A stretch of DNA of 63,036 nucleotides, counting the filler, from Octopus bimaculoides (Eukaryota): assembly GCF_001194135.2 (NCBI RefSeq). It is 5 parts of 5 records of this genome, joined end to end, with 100 filler letters (N's around TTAATTAATTAA, not from the genome) between each part and the next. Parts side by side here need not be neighbours in the genome. Positions count along the whole stretch, not along the records: positions 26,539 to 53,120 come from NC_068989.1; 4 more parts are not named here. The stretch is one strand, 5' to 3'. Position numbers and translations under genes: made by a program. This document shows positions 26,539 through 40,486 of this stretch, in pieces. A model generated the notes under the pieces. That model searched no databases. It had not been told where the DNA came from and worked only from the letters and a program-made list of their open reading frames with translations. The first letter of the stretch is position 1; every line of letters begins with the position of its first letter.

Positions 26539-26670
26539 ATATATTCTAACAGATGTGGTTTCGAGTCAGCCGATCAGCTTTCGATCTTTTCTATCAAAAA
26601 AGGTTTTTTTTTAACAGATCCACTGTTTCATAAAATAATTCGGGTGCAGGTGAAACAAGTATCTACATAT

Positions 26671-27082
26671 AGGCGCAGACGTGGCTGTGTCGTAAGAAGT
26701 TTGCATCCCAACCACATGGTTTCAAGTTCAGTACCACTGCGTGGCACCTTAGGCAAGTGTCTGCTACTATAGCCTCGGACTGACTAAAGCCTTGTGAGTG
26801 AAGCCCGTCGTATGTGTGTGCGTGTGTGTGTCTGTCTGTCTATCTGTGTGTGTTTGTATGCATGTGTCTGTATCTTTATGTCTGTGTTTGTCTCCCGCCA
26901 CCGCTTGACAACGGAGTTGGTTTGTTTATGTTCCCGTAAACTAACGGTTCGGCAAAAGATGCCGATATAGTAGATACTACGCTTTGAAAAGAAAGAACTG
27001 GAGTCGATTCGTTCGACTAACAATTCTTCAAGGCGGTGGCCCAGCATGGCCGCAGGCTAATGATTGAAACAAATAAAAAGAT
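26671..27082 (+). mobile_element. SINE family A
   Basis: Homologous to 43676-44080. Confidence 0.88.
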
Positions 27083-27407
27083 GAAACATAAAAGATACAT
27101 AAAAGGTTCGAATCTAGCATTGTGTGATGCAGAAATTAGATTAAAACTTGTTGAAAGTTCAAAACAATGAAAGAAATACAGGAGTGAAAACAGAACAACA
27201 GTTTTACCTTGTATTTAATCGATATTTCGAGATTAAAATTTCTTCATCAAAACACGTAGAGAAATGGAAAATGAAATAAAGCTATTAGCTTTGCTTAGAT
27301 TTGTGAGAGAGGGTAAAGACATACGCAGACATACGCAGTGACCACTCACTTTTGTGTAGTTGCTCAATGTGTGTGTGTGTGTGTGTGTATGTGTGTGTTG
27401 TTCAATA

Positions 27408-28290
27408 TACAAAGTGGTAACCAAAAGAAATCGGAATGTTGCTATATTATATTATTCACTTAGTCTTACATGTTTACACTTTTATCGCCTTTGAAACAAT
27501 GCATCAGTCCAGACGCATTTTCCACTGTTCGAAGCAGTGCTGGAACTCTTGCAAAGTGTTGCCTTTTAATACCTTCGTCGTTTTATTCTTCACTTCTTCC
27601 ACATCTGCAAATTCCGTAACACTAGCTTTTGTCACCAGTTCGAAAAAAAGGTCCAGATCAATTTCCAATTGTTCTTTTACTTCAGGACATGCATTCAGTC
27701 ATGACTGCTTTTGATCTTCCGTGAGCAAGCGAGGCACAAATTTTGGTGCAACTCTTTTCATTCGCAATTTCTCGCTCAAATTTCGTTGGCAGTAGCTCCC
27801 AAGACCCACCAGTCATATCAACAAGTTCGTCAATTGTTCAGTGTTGGTCCCCCAAGATCAGTTCGTGAATTTTCATGATCTTTTCATTTGTTTGGGAGGT
27901 CAACGGTCGTCCTGAACGAGGTTGGTCTTCAATCGACAAGTGACCACTCCTAAAGCATGAAAACCATTCGTAAACTTTTGCTCTTGGCAGCGTCCTTGTA
28001 AGCTAGTTGAAGCATGGCAGCTCTTTCGGCCGCCGTTGTCCCCAGCAGAAAACAGAATTTCACGGAGCATGCTGTTCCTGCGTTTCAGCCATCGCAAAAA
28101 TCGACGAACGAGAGAGAAGCACCGCAAAACAAAGACGCACCACGTGACAGTACGACTTTACCAGACGACGCCAGTCGGCAGACTGATGCCCGAGGGTCGC
28201 ATCAAGTGGCTTCTAGCAGCGGAAGCCTGAACTATATCGGGCTTGTCCCGACAGAGAACGTTTCCGGTTACTTTGGGGTACCTCCTCGTA
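27408..28290 (-). mobile_element. Internally deleted mariner (Tc1/mariner) element with both TIRs
   Basis: Left TACAAAGTGGTAACCAAAAGAAATCGGAA vs right revcomp TACGAGGAGGTACCCCAAAGTAACCGGAA, TA on both flanks. Transposase remnants LSIEDQPRSGRP..S.TNE, TIDELVDMTG and FADVEEVKNKTTK.LK...LQEFQHCFEQWK.RLD; central catalytic region missing. Confidence 0.9.
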
Positions 28291-28698
28291 TATGTGTGTG
28301 TGTGTGTGTGTATGTATATATGTATACATACATGTATGTAAATATTTTATGTGTGTATGTATGTATACGTTCTCATATTCAGACTGACACATATATGTGT
28401 TTGAGTGTGCGTGTGCGTGTATGTGTGTGTATGTGTGCGTGTGTATGTGTGTGTGTGTGGATATGCCGCGCGCGTCTGATAGAGTAGGGGAACAGAAAAG
28501 AGAAAGATAAGGTGTGTAAATTCATAACTAACGTCGCTCAAAAGAAATAACGGACATGTGATGTAGAAAATAGAAATGACTATCAAGAAGTTTCGGTTTT
28601 TGAAAAATAGCTATTATAACGTCATAATAAAATACATCAGGGAAGCGTTTTTAGCAAGAAATCTACAACAATGCACAAAAAAGTGGCTTTTGTGTTAT

Positions 28699-28744
<46 letters not shown>

Positions 28745-29048
28745 ACACACACACACAAACACATATATATGTCAGTCTGTATATGAGAACGTATACATAC
28801 ATACACACATAAAATATTTACATACATGAATGTATACATATACACATACACACAATAGGACGTTCCAATACTGTTTATGATGACGATGTTGATTTATTAT
28901 TTACGACGGATGTTGTTTGGTTTTGGTATCCGTTGTAGTGGTGGTGGTGGTGGTGGCGATAACACTGCTCGGCGATAGTTATTTGCAATAAGGCAAATGT
29001 TGGCTTCCACATTAAATTCGTGTATTTAAATTGCATTTTATCACGCAC

Positions 29049-29110
<62 letters not shown>

Positions 29111-30589
29111 ACATGTGTGTTTGTATGTGTGCGTATGTGGAGAGGATGTATATATATGTATTTATATAAATATGCCATGTAGGCAGTGTCTGATGATTGA
29201 GCTAGGATACCAGACGTGTTAAAAAAACACTGTTTGGCATGCTCTCGGCATATGAAACTAATAGTAGCGCATAAATACATATATTGTGTTTGTTAAATCA
29301 TACAGATAGATAGATAGATAGATATAGATGTGTGTCTGTGTGTCTGTGAGTGTGTGTAGGCGAGTGTATGAGTGTAATTCTGTATATATGAATGTATATA
29401 CTATATCTATGAATATAAGTTGAAAGTAAAGCAAATGGGAAAGCAACGACAATGAATCAAACAGAGTAAATATGTATATTTCACCTCGCAAGAAAGCATA
29501 CACAACACATATGTAAGGAAAGCGCGTATGTTTCATATGGAAACATAAAACAGCAATGAGTGTAAATATTAAAGAGTTATTTACTGTTGATAAGAACATA
29601 TTTTGCCTCATTATTTACTCCTCTTTCTTAAGCTGGCAAGATATAACTTTCACGGAAATCTAGCTGTCGTATACATCCGTGCATAAATAAATATTTAATT
29701 ACAACTATATATGTGTGACTGTGTGTGTGTGTGTGTGTGTGTGTTTGTGCGTGTGTGTGTGTGTACGTGCATGGGCGTGTGTTTGTGTGTGGGTATCTAC
29801 AGACACACATACACAAGCAGTCATACACACACAGATACCCATACACAAATAGATTGACAGACAGATATGCATATTCATATATTTATATGCGTATATATGT
29901 GCATGTGTGTGTGCGTGTGTGTGTACTCACACACACATACATATATATGTATATATGTATACACACATATACATATGTATATACACATATTTGTGTATAT
30001 GTATGTGCGTATGTTTCAGCCATAGGGCTGAAACATGTAAAAATATAAAAGAATAAAGGAATAATTAGTGTACACACACACACACACACACCACACACAC
30101 ACACACACACGCACAAACACACACNNNNNNNNNNNNNNNNNNNNNNNNNNNNNNNNNNNNNNNNNNNNNNNNNNNNNNNNNNNNNNNNNNNNNNNNNNNN
30201 NNNNNNNNNNNNNNNNNNNNNNNNNNNNNNNNNNNNNNNNNNNNNNNNNNNNNNNNNNNNNNNNNNNNNNNNNNNNNNNNNNNNNNNNNNNNNNNNNNNN
30301 NNNNNNNNNNNNNNNNNNNNNNNNNNNNNNNNNNNNNNNNNNNNNNNNNNNNNNNNNNNNNNNNNNNNNNNNNNNNNNNNNNNNNNNNNNNNNNNNNNNN
30401 NNNNNNNNNNNNNNNNNNNNNNNNNNNNNNNNNNNNNNNNNNNNNNNNNNNNNNNNNNNNNNNNNNNNNNNNNNNNNNNNNNNNNNNNNNNNNNNNNATA
30501 CAGAATGGGACAAGAACGCAAAACATCCAGACAGTTAGGTGATACAAGAAAGGGACAAAACATCCATATAGACAATACACAGAAACAAG

Positions 30590-31150
30590 GACGGGTCATT
30601 CGGAGTTTTCTTTCCTCAGTCGAGATCCAGATTGTCCATGCAATTTCGGCTGGTTATTCTCGATATTGCTCCAATCTGGCCAGCCCCAAGGAAAAACTAA
30701 GCTAAGAGCATTAGATTCCTTAGAAGAAAGCAGCGAATGTATACAAAAACAAGGACGGAAAAAAGAGAAAAATGTTACACGAATACAATAAAAATAATAA
30801 CAGGACATAACAACAGATGTCTTTCGACTAAGGACGAATTAAATTAAGCTGGCGTGTATGGAAATGAAGCCATAAGGCAGGGATACAAGATTTCACAGGC
30901 ACAGGGAGGAATAACGATGTTGCACGCACAACGGCCGGCCAAGAAAGACAGATCAGTCTTGGCCGAACAGCGGTCACGCGGGAAGAGAAGAGAGAGATGT
31001 AGAGGCATAGGGACAAAAGAATTAAGGAAGGGCGAGGAAGAATGACAAGGACACAGTGATGTGAAAAGTGGAGGGAAACTGAGCAAGAGGAGAAGGCAAT
31101 GAAATGTGAGCGAGCGGGGAACGAAAGAACGAACAGTGGAATGGACGAAT
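30590..31150. mobile_element. Interspersed repeat fragment, probably Penelope-associated
   Basis: Purine-rich GC-richer block that I recall as a recurrent octopus repeat; no protein motif readable. Confidence 0.35.
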
Positions 31151-31250
31151 AAGGGATAAAAGGCTAATAGACAAAAATACAGTCATACAAGATTTAGAAA
31201 AATGCATACCTACATATAAGAGACAAGGTGCACGTACGCCGCTATATATT

Positions 31251-31467
31251 CTTTACTCTTTTCTTTTACTTGTTTCAGTCATTTGACTGCGGCCATGCTG
31301 GAGCACCGCCTTTAGTCGAGCAAATCGACCCCGGGACTTATTCTTTATAAGCCTAGTACTTATTCTATCGGTCTCTTTATGCCGAACCGCTAGTTGACGG
31401 GGACATAAACACACCAGCATCGGTTGTCAAGCAATGCTAGGAGGACAAGCACAGATACACAAACACG

Positions 31468-31499
<32 letters not shown>

Positions 31500-31515
31500 C
31501 ATATATACGACGGGC
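31251..31515 (-). mobile_element. SINE family A, cut by a gap
   Basis: Homologous to the 3' part of 43676-44080. Confidence 0.88.
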
Positions 31516-33170
31516 NNNNNNNNNNGAGTACAGCAGGGTTCGCCACCATCCCCTACTGGAACCTCGTGGAGCTTTACGTGTTTTCGCTCAATAAACACTC
31601 ACCGCGATCTTATGACCTCGAGTCCGCTGTCCTAACCACTGGGCCATTGCGCCTCCACTCACTATGACTATTACCAACATAACTTCAACACATTCATTTT
31701 TTTCCATCTTCGTTTCCATCATCGTTAACTGCACAAATAACCAGCACTAGACATCAGCACAAAACACAACTTCATGAATATCAACTTTAGTTACTTTTCA
31801 TCTTTTCCGAAAACTTTCAAATTTTCGTCTTTTTATACCGTTTGTGATAAGTTTGAGGTGAAATAAGATGGCTGAGGTGAATAAGAAATATTGGCACCTT
31901 GTTGTGTCCAATCTTCCATGAAAGTAAAATATGTGGTTGCCAGGTGGAAATGTGAAAGTGCGTTTTATTCATTTATTTTTCCGCGAAAAGTTATTTTGAT
32001 GAAGAAACATGTTTTATGAATTATTATTCTCATGCTGGCTATATCATGCTGGCTATATATCATGCTGGCTATATCATGCACTCATAACTCGTAGGCTTGC
32101 ACAAGAGGTAGTTTTCGTTGGGAAAATGTGTTCGCATTGACAATTTGTAAACAACAAACTCTTTTAGTACACCTCCTAACTGCACGATGCGTGTCTTCAC
32201 TAAGCTTTTTATCTTCACCATAACTAAAATAAAATCAGCATGAACAATGAAGAAGGCCATAATTTTGCGGTGAAATATCTAAGCACCGATTACTCGTTCG
32301 TGATTGTTCTTTTCAAGCATTCGATACACATGTGTAGTAATAGCCATGTTTTGCGCGTATTAATTAGAAATTTAATTAAAATATTTGGCGGATCCAACTT
32401 CAATAATGACAACGTCACAGTGGATGTTTGGCATCCTCATTATCAGTTTAATTTATTAAAATTTTTAATTTGAAAATGATACTAACCTTGTGTTTAATTT
32501 GAATTTTTATAACTTTATTTTGTAAATTTTTTTATATTATATTTAAATATTCAAGAAATAATTTGATAAAATAATTACATTGGAAGTTGTAGATTTCAAA
32601 TAAATTTGATTTTTTGATATGGGATTTACATCTTTTTTTTTTGTTACTTTTTTCGTTTGGATTTTCTTTAATTAGAAGTTTAATTATTCAAATTTAACAT
32701 TTAAATTTTATGATTATGATGATTAGAATTATTACAAAGGTTGTAATTTTTAATTTATTCTCGATGTGAATTACATTGTTATTGGTTTATTATATATATA
32801 TGCTTAGTGACATTTCTTCTGTTTTTACGTTCTGAGTTCAATTTCCACTGAAGTTGACTTTAGGTGTCGATAAAATAAGTACCAGATGTAATCGACTAAC
32901 CCCCTCTGCCCAAATTTCAGGCTTGCGCCTTTAGTAGGAAGAACTGTTGTTGCTGTTAAAACAGCACGCGGGCAGAATCGTCAGCATGCTGGACAAAATG
33001 CTTAGCCGCATTTCGTCCGTCTTTATGTTCTAAGTTCAAATTCCGCCGAGGTTGACTTTGCTTTTCATCCTTTCGGGGTCGATAAATTGAGTACCAGTGA
33101 AACACTGGGGTCAATATAATCGACTTATCCCGCCAAAAAAAATGTCAGGCCTTGTGTCAATAATAGAAAC

Positions 33171-33207
<37 letters not shown>

Positions 33208-34421
33208 GGGCAATTACTAATTTCTTTTTTTAAGAATTATCTTTTTATTTTTATAGTAATTATAGGATTTTTTTTATGATAGATATGTTTCTTATACTTC
33301 AGTACATGGATATAAGAGAAATAAATTTAAATATAAAGGTAAAGAAAATTATAAGATAGAAATATCAAGTTCATTGATGAGGAATTATAAATTATTTTGC
33401 AGTCATGTATTTTTACGTGTTTAATTAGAAATTATTCTAATTGTGGTTGTAAAGGTATGCTATTATTGAGATGGTTCATTACGAATTTTTAAATATAAAT
33501 ATACTTAGTTAATTGCGCAAAACTGTATAAAGATTCCTAATAGGAAGTTTGATTAACTAATTTAGCATCTGTTGATTATAATTTCATGAAATTTTGGTTC
33601 TTTATTAGGATTATGCTTCTTTTTTTTCCTCAAATTTTTCAATGGAACTTCTTTTTTCCTAACCGTTGTACCTCTTACACTGACTATTCATCTGGTTCAG
33701 CTGTTCATATTCTGTAAATTCCGGGTGGGTATTGCATCACATTCATGCAAATTATGCTTCTTTTTTATTTATTTGGTGTTATACACATACACACATGCAC
33801 GCGCGCCCAAACGCACACACACACATACACACACACGCACACACACACACACACACATATTATCGATCACACATACTCAATGTATATGTTATGATTGTTC
33901 ACCATTTTGCTGTGGAACAGCACTCTGGGGACACTCCCTCATAGCATTGGTTGTTAAACACTTGAAAGCCATAGAAAGGTGAGACAACTCGTTTCCTGTC
34001 TCATTCAGAAGTGATGGATACCGATATTTCGCCATTCTTGTGCCTTATAAACGTCAGGTATCTGAATCGAACCGGAGACGAATTGAATCACCTGTTTATC
34101 TATAATTCAATTTAATCTTACGTATTCATCGTCGTGGCATACCGGCAAATGGTTCTTACTCTATTTGTATATAGTCTTAGACAATACATTTATTTATAAA
34201 TGCACACATATATACTTCTTACATATATTCTTATAGCTTTTAAAAACAGAAATAAACAATACTATATAATCAGGTTATATAAAATGAAATATACAAACAT
34301 ATGAGTAAAATTAGATATACCCACATATATCTGTTTATATATGAACATACTTCTTACTAATTTTACTATACATTTTAATATAGGCTAGTTCTAACTCACG
34401 TACAAGTTAATGTGTGTGTAC

Positions 34422-34518
<97 letters not shown>

Positions 34519-34649
34519 TATGTATATATTTATTCATATATACACACATATGTACTTCTTACATACATTTAACTATTCTTAAAATAACGATAAATAATTA
34601 AGCAGATTTCATTAGTAGAGTTTTAGATATTAATTGTTTTTACCAAGCA

Positions 34650-35620
34650 ATTTTGCATCTAGTAACTATTTCGGAGAGCCTATTCACAAGTTTATCTGTA
34701 CACATTAAAATGCATAGTGCCTCATCGGAACAGAGATTACAAGATCTTGAAAATATATTGAACGGATATGCATTTTTAATCACTGTCCATGTGATGCTGT
34801 ATTGCACTTTTCCTACCTTAAATTTCCAGACCAGGTCAGCGAATGATGTGCAGTGTCTCTTGTTAATGTTTGTAAACGATGTAGCGTGATTCCGATATCG
34901 ATGTTTGAAGCATCTGCAGTTGCACCACTATATACAAATGCATCTGCTAGCGGACTAATATTTCTATATTACGTTCTTACGGAGGCATTCATTTCCCACG
35001 GGACACGTGTTCCTGACTTTAAAATTACAATTTCTTACCACACTATTTTCTATTCCGATCTTTCTTCTATTTCTATTTTCCCTATATTCCTTTATTGTTT
35101 CTGTGGTTATTATTAGTGCTGTTGATGTTATCTTCATTGCTACCATCGTTTCTGTTCATAGTACAACTATTATTGAGATTTTCAGCATTTCCTCTATACT
35201 CATTTTTGCTACGATCTATATTATTACTTTTTTCATAATTATGTGGACAGGCTTGACTTTCTTCCTTGCTGTTGTAATTCTTATTTTAAGGATTATTTTC
35301 AGCTTTACCGTCCACTAATAGTGTTAGTGATCTTCTTGTTTAGCTCACTATTATTGAATTTATGAATGTAATATTCTAAGTTATTAGATGTTGCGTACGA
35401 TAATTTGACCGTATGTCCATTAGTTCTTGTAATACTTACTGGATTTAGGAAAGTGTCTATCCAATGCAGAAAAGAAATCCCTAGCAATCTTTGCTGATAT
35501 GCTACCATATCATCACACCAATAACAAATCATCACACCAATGTACTATGTGTGTAAAAATGTGTCGAAACAATTGTAGTGATTTTAAAATTAGGAATGCC
35601 GGTCGATCCATTTTCTATCG
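34650..35620 (-). mobile_element. Penelope-like element relic (GIY-YIG endonuclease region)
   Basis: TVKLSYATSNNLEYYI, CPVGNECLRKNVI, HRYRNHATSF and LVWKFK....YSITWTVIKNAYPFNIFSRSCNLCSDE match PLE motifs K.SYSC..N, CPL.G.CL...V.Y, RY.NH..SF and RCNLCL.E. Confidence 0.85.
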
Positions 35621-36699
35621 TTTATCTACTTATATATCAGTGTGCGCGCGTGTGCGACGTGCCTGCGCAGAGACCGACAGACAGACATACAGATAGATTG
35701 ATAGGTAGGTAGATAGGTAGGTAGGTAGGTACGTACGTACGTACGTACGTACGTACATACATACATACACACACACACATACACACATACATACAGGCAT
35801 GCATGCATACATACACACACACACACACACACATACATACATACACACATACATACATACATACATACATACAACCTATTCCGTCTTAACAAAATGTATT
35901 TGCACAGAAATATCTCATAGAATTTTTCTTTGGTGAAACTAATTTTTTTTTTCTCGATATGAATACCATCACTAAATACAGAGCGCTGGATTTGTTATAT
36001 ATCTGATTACTAAATTTAGAACATTGGACTGAGTGTTAATTTTAGAGACTGCAGTAATAAACTGCATTCACTATAAATACATATCTTAAATATAAATAAA
36101 GCATTTTCTTTTAGCCAAAATCACTACAATAGTCTCAGTACAGAGTAGTATCGGTAGAAGTAATAAGTCGTTCCCTTATGGGCAGATGGAAGAATGTGAG
36201 ATATAACTTTAGTTTAACATATACTAGCAGTAATATCTGTTGTAGAGAATTGTTACTAATCGTTACGATAGTGATGTCATCGTTGAATGGAATCGTTGAA
36301 TCCGCTTAATGAGAGGTGCATACATCCGACAAACGTGCCTCTTAGATAAGAGGGTATTTTTTATGCTAGATAACGTTTGAAAATCTTTTATGATGCCAAT
36401 GACAACAGCATTACTTTTAGCAAAGTTCATCAGATTGCGATACTACGACTGCTTTATGTAGAAAAATTAATGTGTCGCAATAGAAACCATATATACAAGA
36501 AGTAAGAGAGAAAGAAAGAGTGAGAAAGAGGTGGAGTAATAGAGGGTAAGATAGAAAATGAAGAAGGAAATATTTGATTTCAACTATTCCAGTTAAATCT
36601 AAATTATTATTTAGAATTAAAGCTATAGAGCTATTACAAGGAGCAAGGAAGTTGTGTTTCTTAATATGAGCCCTACAAAGCATAGCCGTCACTGGCAAG

Positions 36700-36975
36700 C
36701 GAATATGACCAGGTAGCCTGTAACACGCTCTCGATAATTTTCAGGTGCTTGGCCCTCCTACTACTTGACTTAGTGGAACATCGAGGACGAGGTGCCTGGA
36801 TGGAGAAAGGGCTGCATCAGAACTTAGCTGATGTCATTGTCAACTGAGTAGACTGGATAACGCGAAAAAAGCGTCCTGCTCAATAACATAACACATCACC
36901 CGGTCCAGGAATAGAACCTACGACCTTATGATCGCGAGTCTAACACTCTAACCACTTGGTCACTTTCTTCCACAT
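36700..36975 (-). mobile_element. tRNA-derived CORE-like SINE, diverged copy
   Basis: Revcomp head GTGGTTAGAGTGTTAGACTCGCGATCATAAGGTCGTAGGTTCTATTCC followed by GTGTTATGTTATTGAGCAGGAC. Confidence 0.7.
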
Positions 36976-38786
36976 TCTGGTATGACATATATTATATACC
37001 GGAGCAGATCTTGTAGAGAGAGTAAAAAAGAAAAAAAAAAGTAGGAAAATAAGAAAGAGATGTAAAGTTCAGCAAGAACATGAAGTGGCCCTACGGCACA
37101 TTGTTTGAAAGCAGTGATAGGAACGTGGAAAAACTCATCTCTTTGTTTGTTTGGAACGATCTGAATGAATCCAGAAATGTGAAGAGCTTTTTCATCAACT
37201 TTCTAAAACCCTCTTACCTGCCACTTCTCATCTAAGATGTTTCTGCAACATTACGTCTAATAAAGCCACTACAGTTGATACTTGTTTGGTTAGGCATGCA
37301 TGTTTTTATAAATGTGTGTGTGTGTATTTACATTTATATATGTAGATAGATAGATAGATAGGTAGACAGACAAATAGATAGATAGATGGATAGATAGATA
37401 GATAGTATACATGTTGTGTGGGCATGTATGTATATATGTGTGTGTGTNNNNNNNNNNNNNNNNNNNNNNNNNNNNNNNNNNNNNNNNNNNNNNNNNNNNN
37501 NNNNNNNNNNNNNNNNNNNNNNNNNNNNNNNNNNNNNNNNNNNNATGTATGTATGTATGTATATAATTCTTTTTACAATTACAGTATTTTAAAAATGACT
37601 TTAGTTGAAATTTATCTGAAAAATATTTTTTAAAAAACAGGTTACTAACAAGATATGAAGAGGGACTTTTTCGTCTGTATGAACGCTTTCGGCTATTTTC
37701 AGCTTTTCCAGACAGCCATATGTGCTTACATTCAAAAACCCTCTTTATATCTTCCATCTGAATTAATCTGCTTTCTTTTTTTTTTTTTTTTTTCATTTTT
37801 TTTTTTAATTTCAAAGAATTTTTCGAAGATGTTCGTATTTACGTGTTTTTCTTTTTGACGGGGTAGGGGGTCTGTGTGTGTTTGTGTGTGTCTGTGTGTG
37901 TGCGTTCATACACACACATAATATGCAGGTGAGTACAAGAAAGAAAAAGAAACAATGCACCATGAAATAATGAATCAATATATATACAATGTGCTATGTG
38001 TATTTGTATATACATTTTTCGTGAAGTTGCTTCAGTTTATTGGATTTCCTTTCTAAACTCTTAGGCGCGAGCTCTCATTACTGGCAGGAATTGTTCTGTT
38101 ATTTCTTATATTCGAAAGTTCGTTCTACTGCCTTGTTTGTCTCATAATGCTCGACTAATGTTTTTAAATTCATAAATTCCGATGACCAAATTTATTCTTT
38201 CATTTTTCTCATTAGTAAATATAATTAATATATATAATACGCTGTGTTATCAATGTATATTTAATACACACTTATTCCACTATTAATTACTCTGCTTCAT
38301 ATATTCCGCTATGTTCCACTATTACCGTTTATATTCAATTTACCGAGAAGTATCATGTATTCAACTTTAGCCTATTTGCTTGTTTCTTACACTGCACGTA
38401 AGTCGTGTAGGGAAACGACCGTGCGAACCAAGGAGAATGGTGACGTGTGGAAACAGGCTCCTTTTAACGCGTCGCACGGTCGACACAAAACATGTTATGT
38501 AACATAAGAGGGCTCGCATGTGAGATGCGAGCAAGTGCCAGCAAGGAAAGAGAGAGACACAACCGTTAGATACATATAGGGTAAGTTTATTAGGGTAGTC
38601 AAGTGTGTGTCTGTGTGTGCGTGCATGCGGCAATATAAGTAATACAATACATAAGACAGGCCGTCGTCTATAAGAGTAGGTATACATACTATGTGTGTGT
38701 GTGTGTGTGACTGAGAAATACAGAGCATGAAATAAGAGTCTGTGTCATAGACTATAAGAGTCCTGAACACAAAGATAAGAAAGTAC

Positions 38787-39158
38787 CAGTTCATAGAAGA
38801 GTTACATAGTAGGTAGAACGTCTGTACACAAGAGGTCGTGACCTAATAGCAGAGCTGAGGTGTCACATGTTGTGTGTGAAGTTGAGCGTCGATGCTGCGA
38901 CCGGTTACTTGAATACAGAAGACTCTCGCAAGTTGTTCTGGCTGTTCTTTCGAAGTGGAAACAATCCACACAAACAGTGTTGAGACGGAACCGCGGTTGC
39001 TGTTGGTAGTGTGTACTCTGGTGGTGGTGTTGGCGCTTGAGACGGGACTGTAGTAGACAGTAGGACGGTGGTGTAGACGTCGTCGCTGGAAACTGGCTGG
39101 AGCTGTGTTCTGTGTGGTCCACGACCAGACCTGAAAAGGACTGAGGTCGCGACAAACT
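38787..39158 (-). other. Candidate first exon / long 5' leader of an unidentified - strand transcript
   Basis: C/A-rich unique sequence downstream of the TATA box; no ATG for about 290 nt, then ATGTGA (38868), ATGTAA (38807) and ATG at 38794 followed by a weak donor (ATGAACTG|gtactt). Confidence 0.45.
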
Positions 39159-39320
39159 GGCGTGGATAAAACAGGGCTATTTATAGATAAAAAGGGGCTC
39201 CAGAAACAGCACAAAAACTCTCTCTCACGTGACCTTAACAGAAGGCCAATTGGTCGGTATGCACCCTGGCGTGAAACAGAACTGGTGACAAATGCCGCGC
39301 AAATAAGAGCCAATCAGGGT
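39155..39320 (-). promoter_or_regulatory. Candidate Pol II promoter: TATA, Inr-like, E-box and two CCAAT boxes
   Basis: On - strand TATAAATA starts at 39185, 27 nt upstream of an Inr-like CCAGTT (A at 39158). GGTCACGTGA at 39225-39234, CCAATTGG at 39246-39253, AGCCAATCAG at 39308-39317. Locally GC/CpG-rich unique sequence. Confidence 0.65.
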
Positions 39321-40077
39321 GATGGACACAACAGGGTCCAAACGGGCCGAATGCTAGATGTTAGCCGCTACGTTTTCATTTGTAAATATTGCACAAGTAT
39401 ATTTATTAAAAACTACCTAAATATATTCATATTTACACATATTTACATGATCTTACGAACAGGTTGCATACATTTTCTAAAGGCTTTCAAGGGACAGCAG
39501 GTTTACTTTAAGCAAAAACTGCACATTCGCAATATTTTGGACACATTCCGTGCAAAAGCTACAAAAGTACATAATAAGCATTATTATTCACATTCACTGC
39601 AAATGTTCCTGAAGAACAATATTTCTTGCATAGACATGAGAAGGAACCAGCAGACCTTGGCCTTTTGAACTTTCAATCTGTAATTTCTAATTATTTCTGT
39701 TTATTTTTTTGTTCTGATTAAAGCAAGAAATTCTTACGACTCCTAAACATAGTGAACCACTTACGAATAGTCCTCTCAGCCATAGAACCATCACAATAAA
39801 CGGTGCATTTTTTTATCTACATCTTTTTTTCTTTTTTTCTTTCCGAAGATAAAAGAGCATCAAATGAAGAAACTGTATCTCATTTCCTTCCATTTTCAAC
39901 TCTAATGTAAAAACAGTAGAAATACACTATTCACACGGCTATCGTATAGAAAGACGTGTCGAAATGTCACTTTGCATAAGTCATATGTTTCTGTCACATG
40001 ACAAACGAAAGGCAAAACGGTACGAACTTTTGTTCCAACCCTATGCACATGTGCACGCACGCATGCACATACATAAT

Positions 40078-40469
40078 CTTACTTGTTTCAGTCTTTTGAC
40101 TGCAGCCATGCTGAGGCACCGCCTTTAGTTGAGCAAATCGAGCCCAGCACTTATTCTTTGTAAGCCTAGTACTTATTCTATCGGTCTCATTTACCGAATC
40201 GCTAAGTTACGGGGACGTAAACACACCTACATCGGTTGTCAAGTGATGTTGGAGGGACAAACACAGACACACAAACACACACACATATATATACATATAC
40301 ATATATACGACGGGCTTCTTTCAGTTTCCTTCTACCAAATCCACTCACAAGGCTTTGGTCGGCCCGAGGCTATAGTAGAAGACACTTGCCCAAGGTACCA
40401 CGCGTGGGACTGAACCCAGAAACATGTGGTTGGTAAGCAAGCTACTTACCACACAGCCACTCCTGCGCC
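40078..40469 (-). mobile_element. SINE family A, near full length
   Basis: Reverse complement of 43676-44080 at high identity. Confidence 0.9.
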
Positions 40470-40486
40470 ATACATACATACATACA

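Noticed and set aside
28875-29010. His-run ORF (…CYRHHHHHHYNG…)
   Set aside because: A (CAC)n triplet tract with no splice support
33670-34130. Small candidate - strand exons (EYEQLNQMNSQ; VIQFVSGSIQIPDVYKAQEWRNI) for the orphan promoter
   Set aside because: Short, weak splice signals and no recognisable protein; cannot be distinguished from noise
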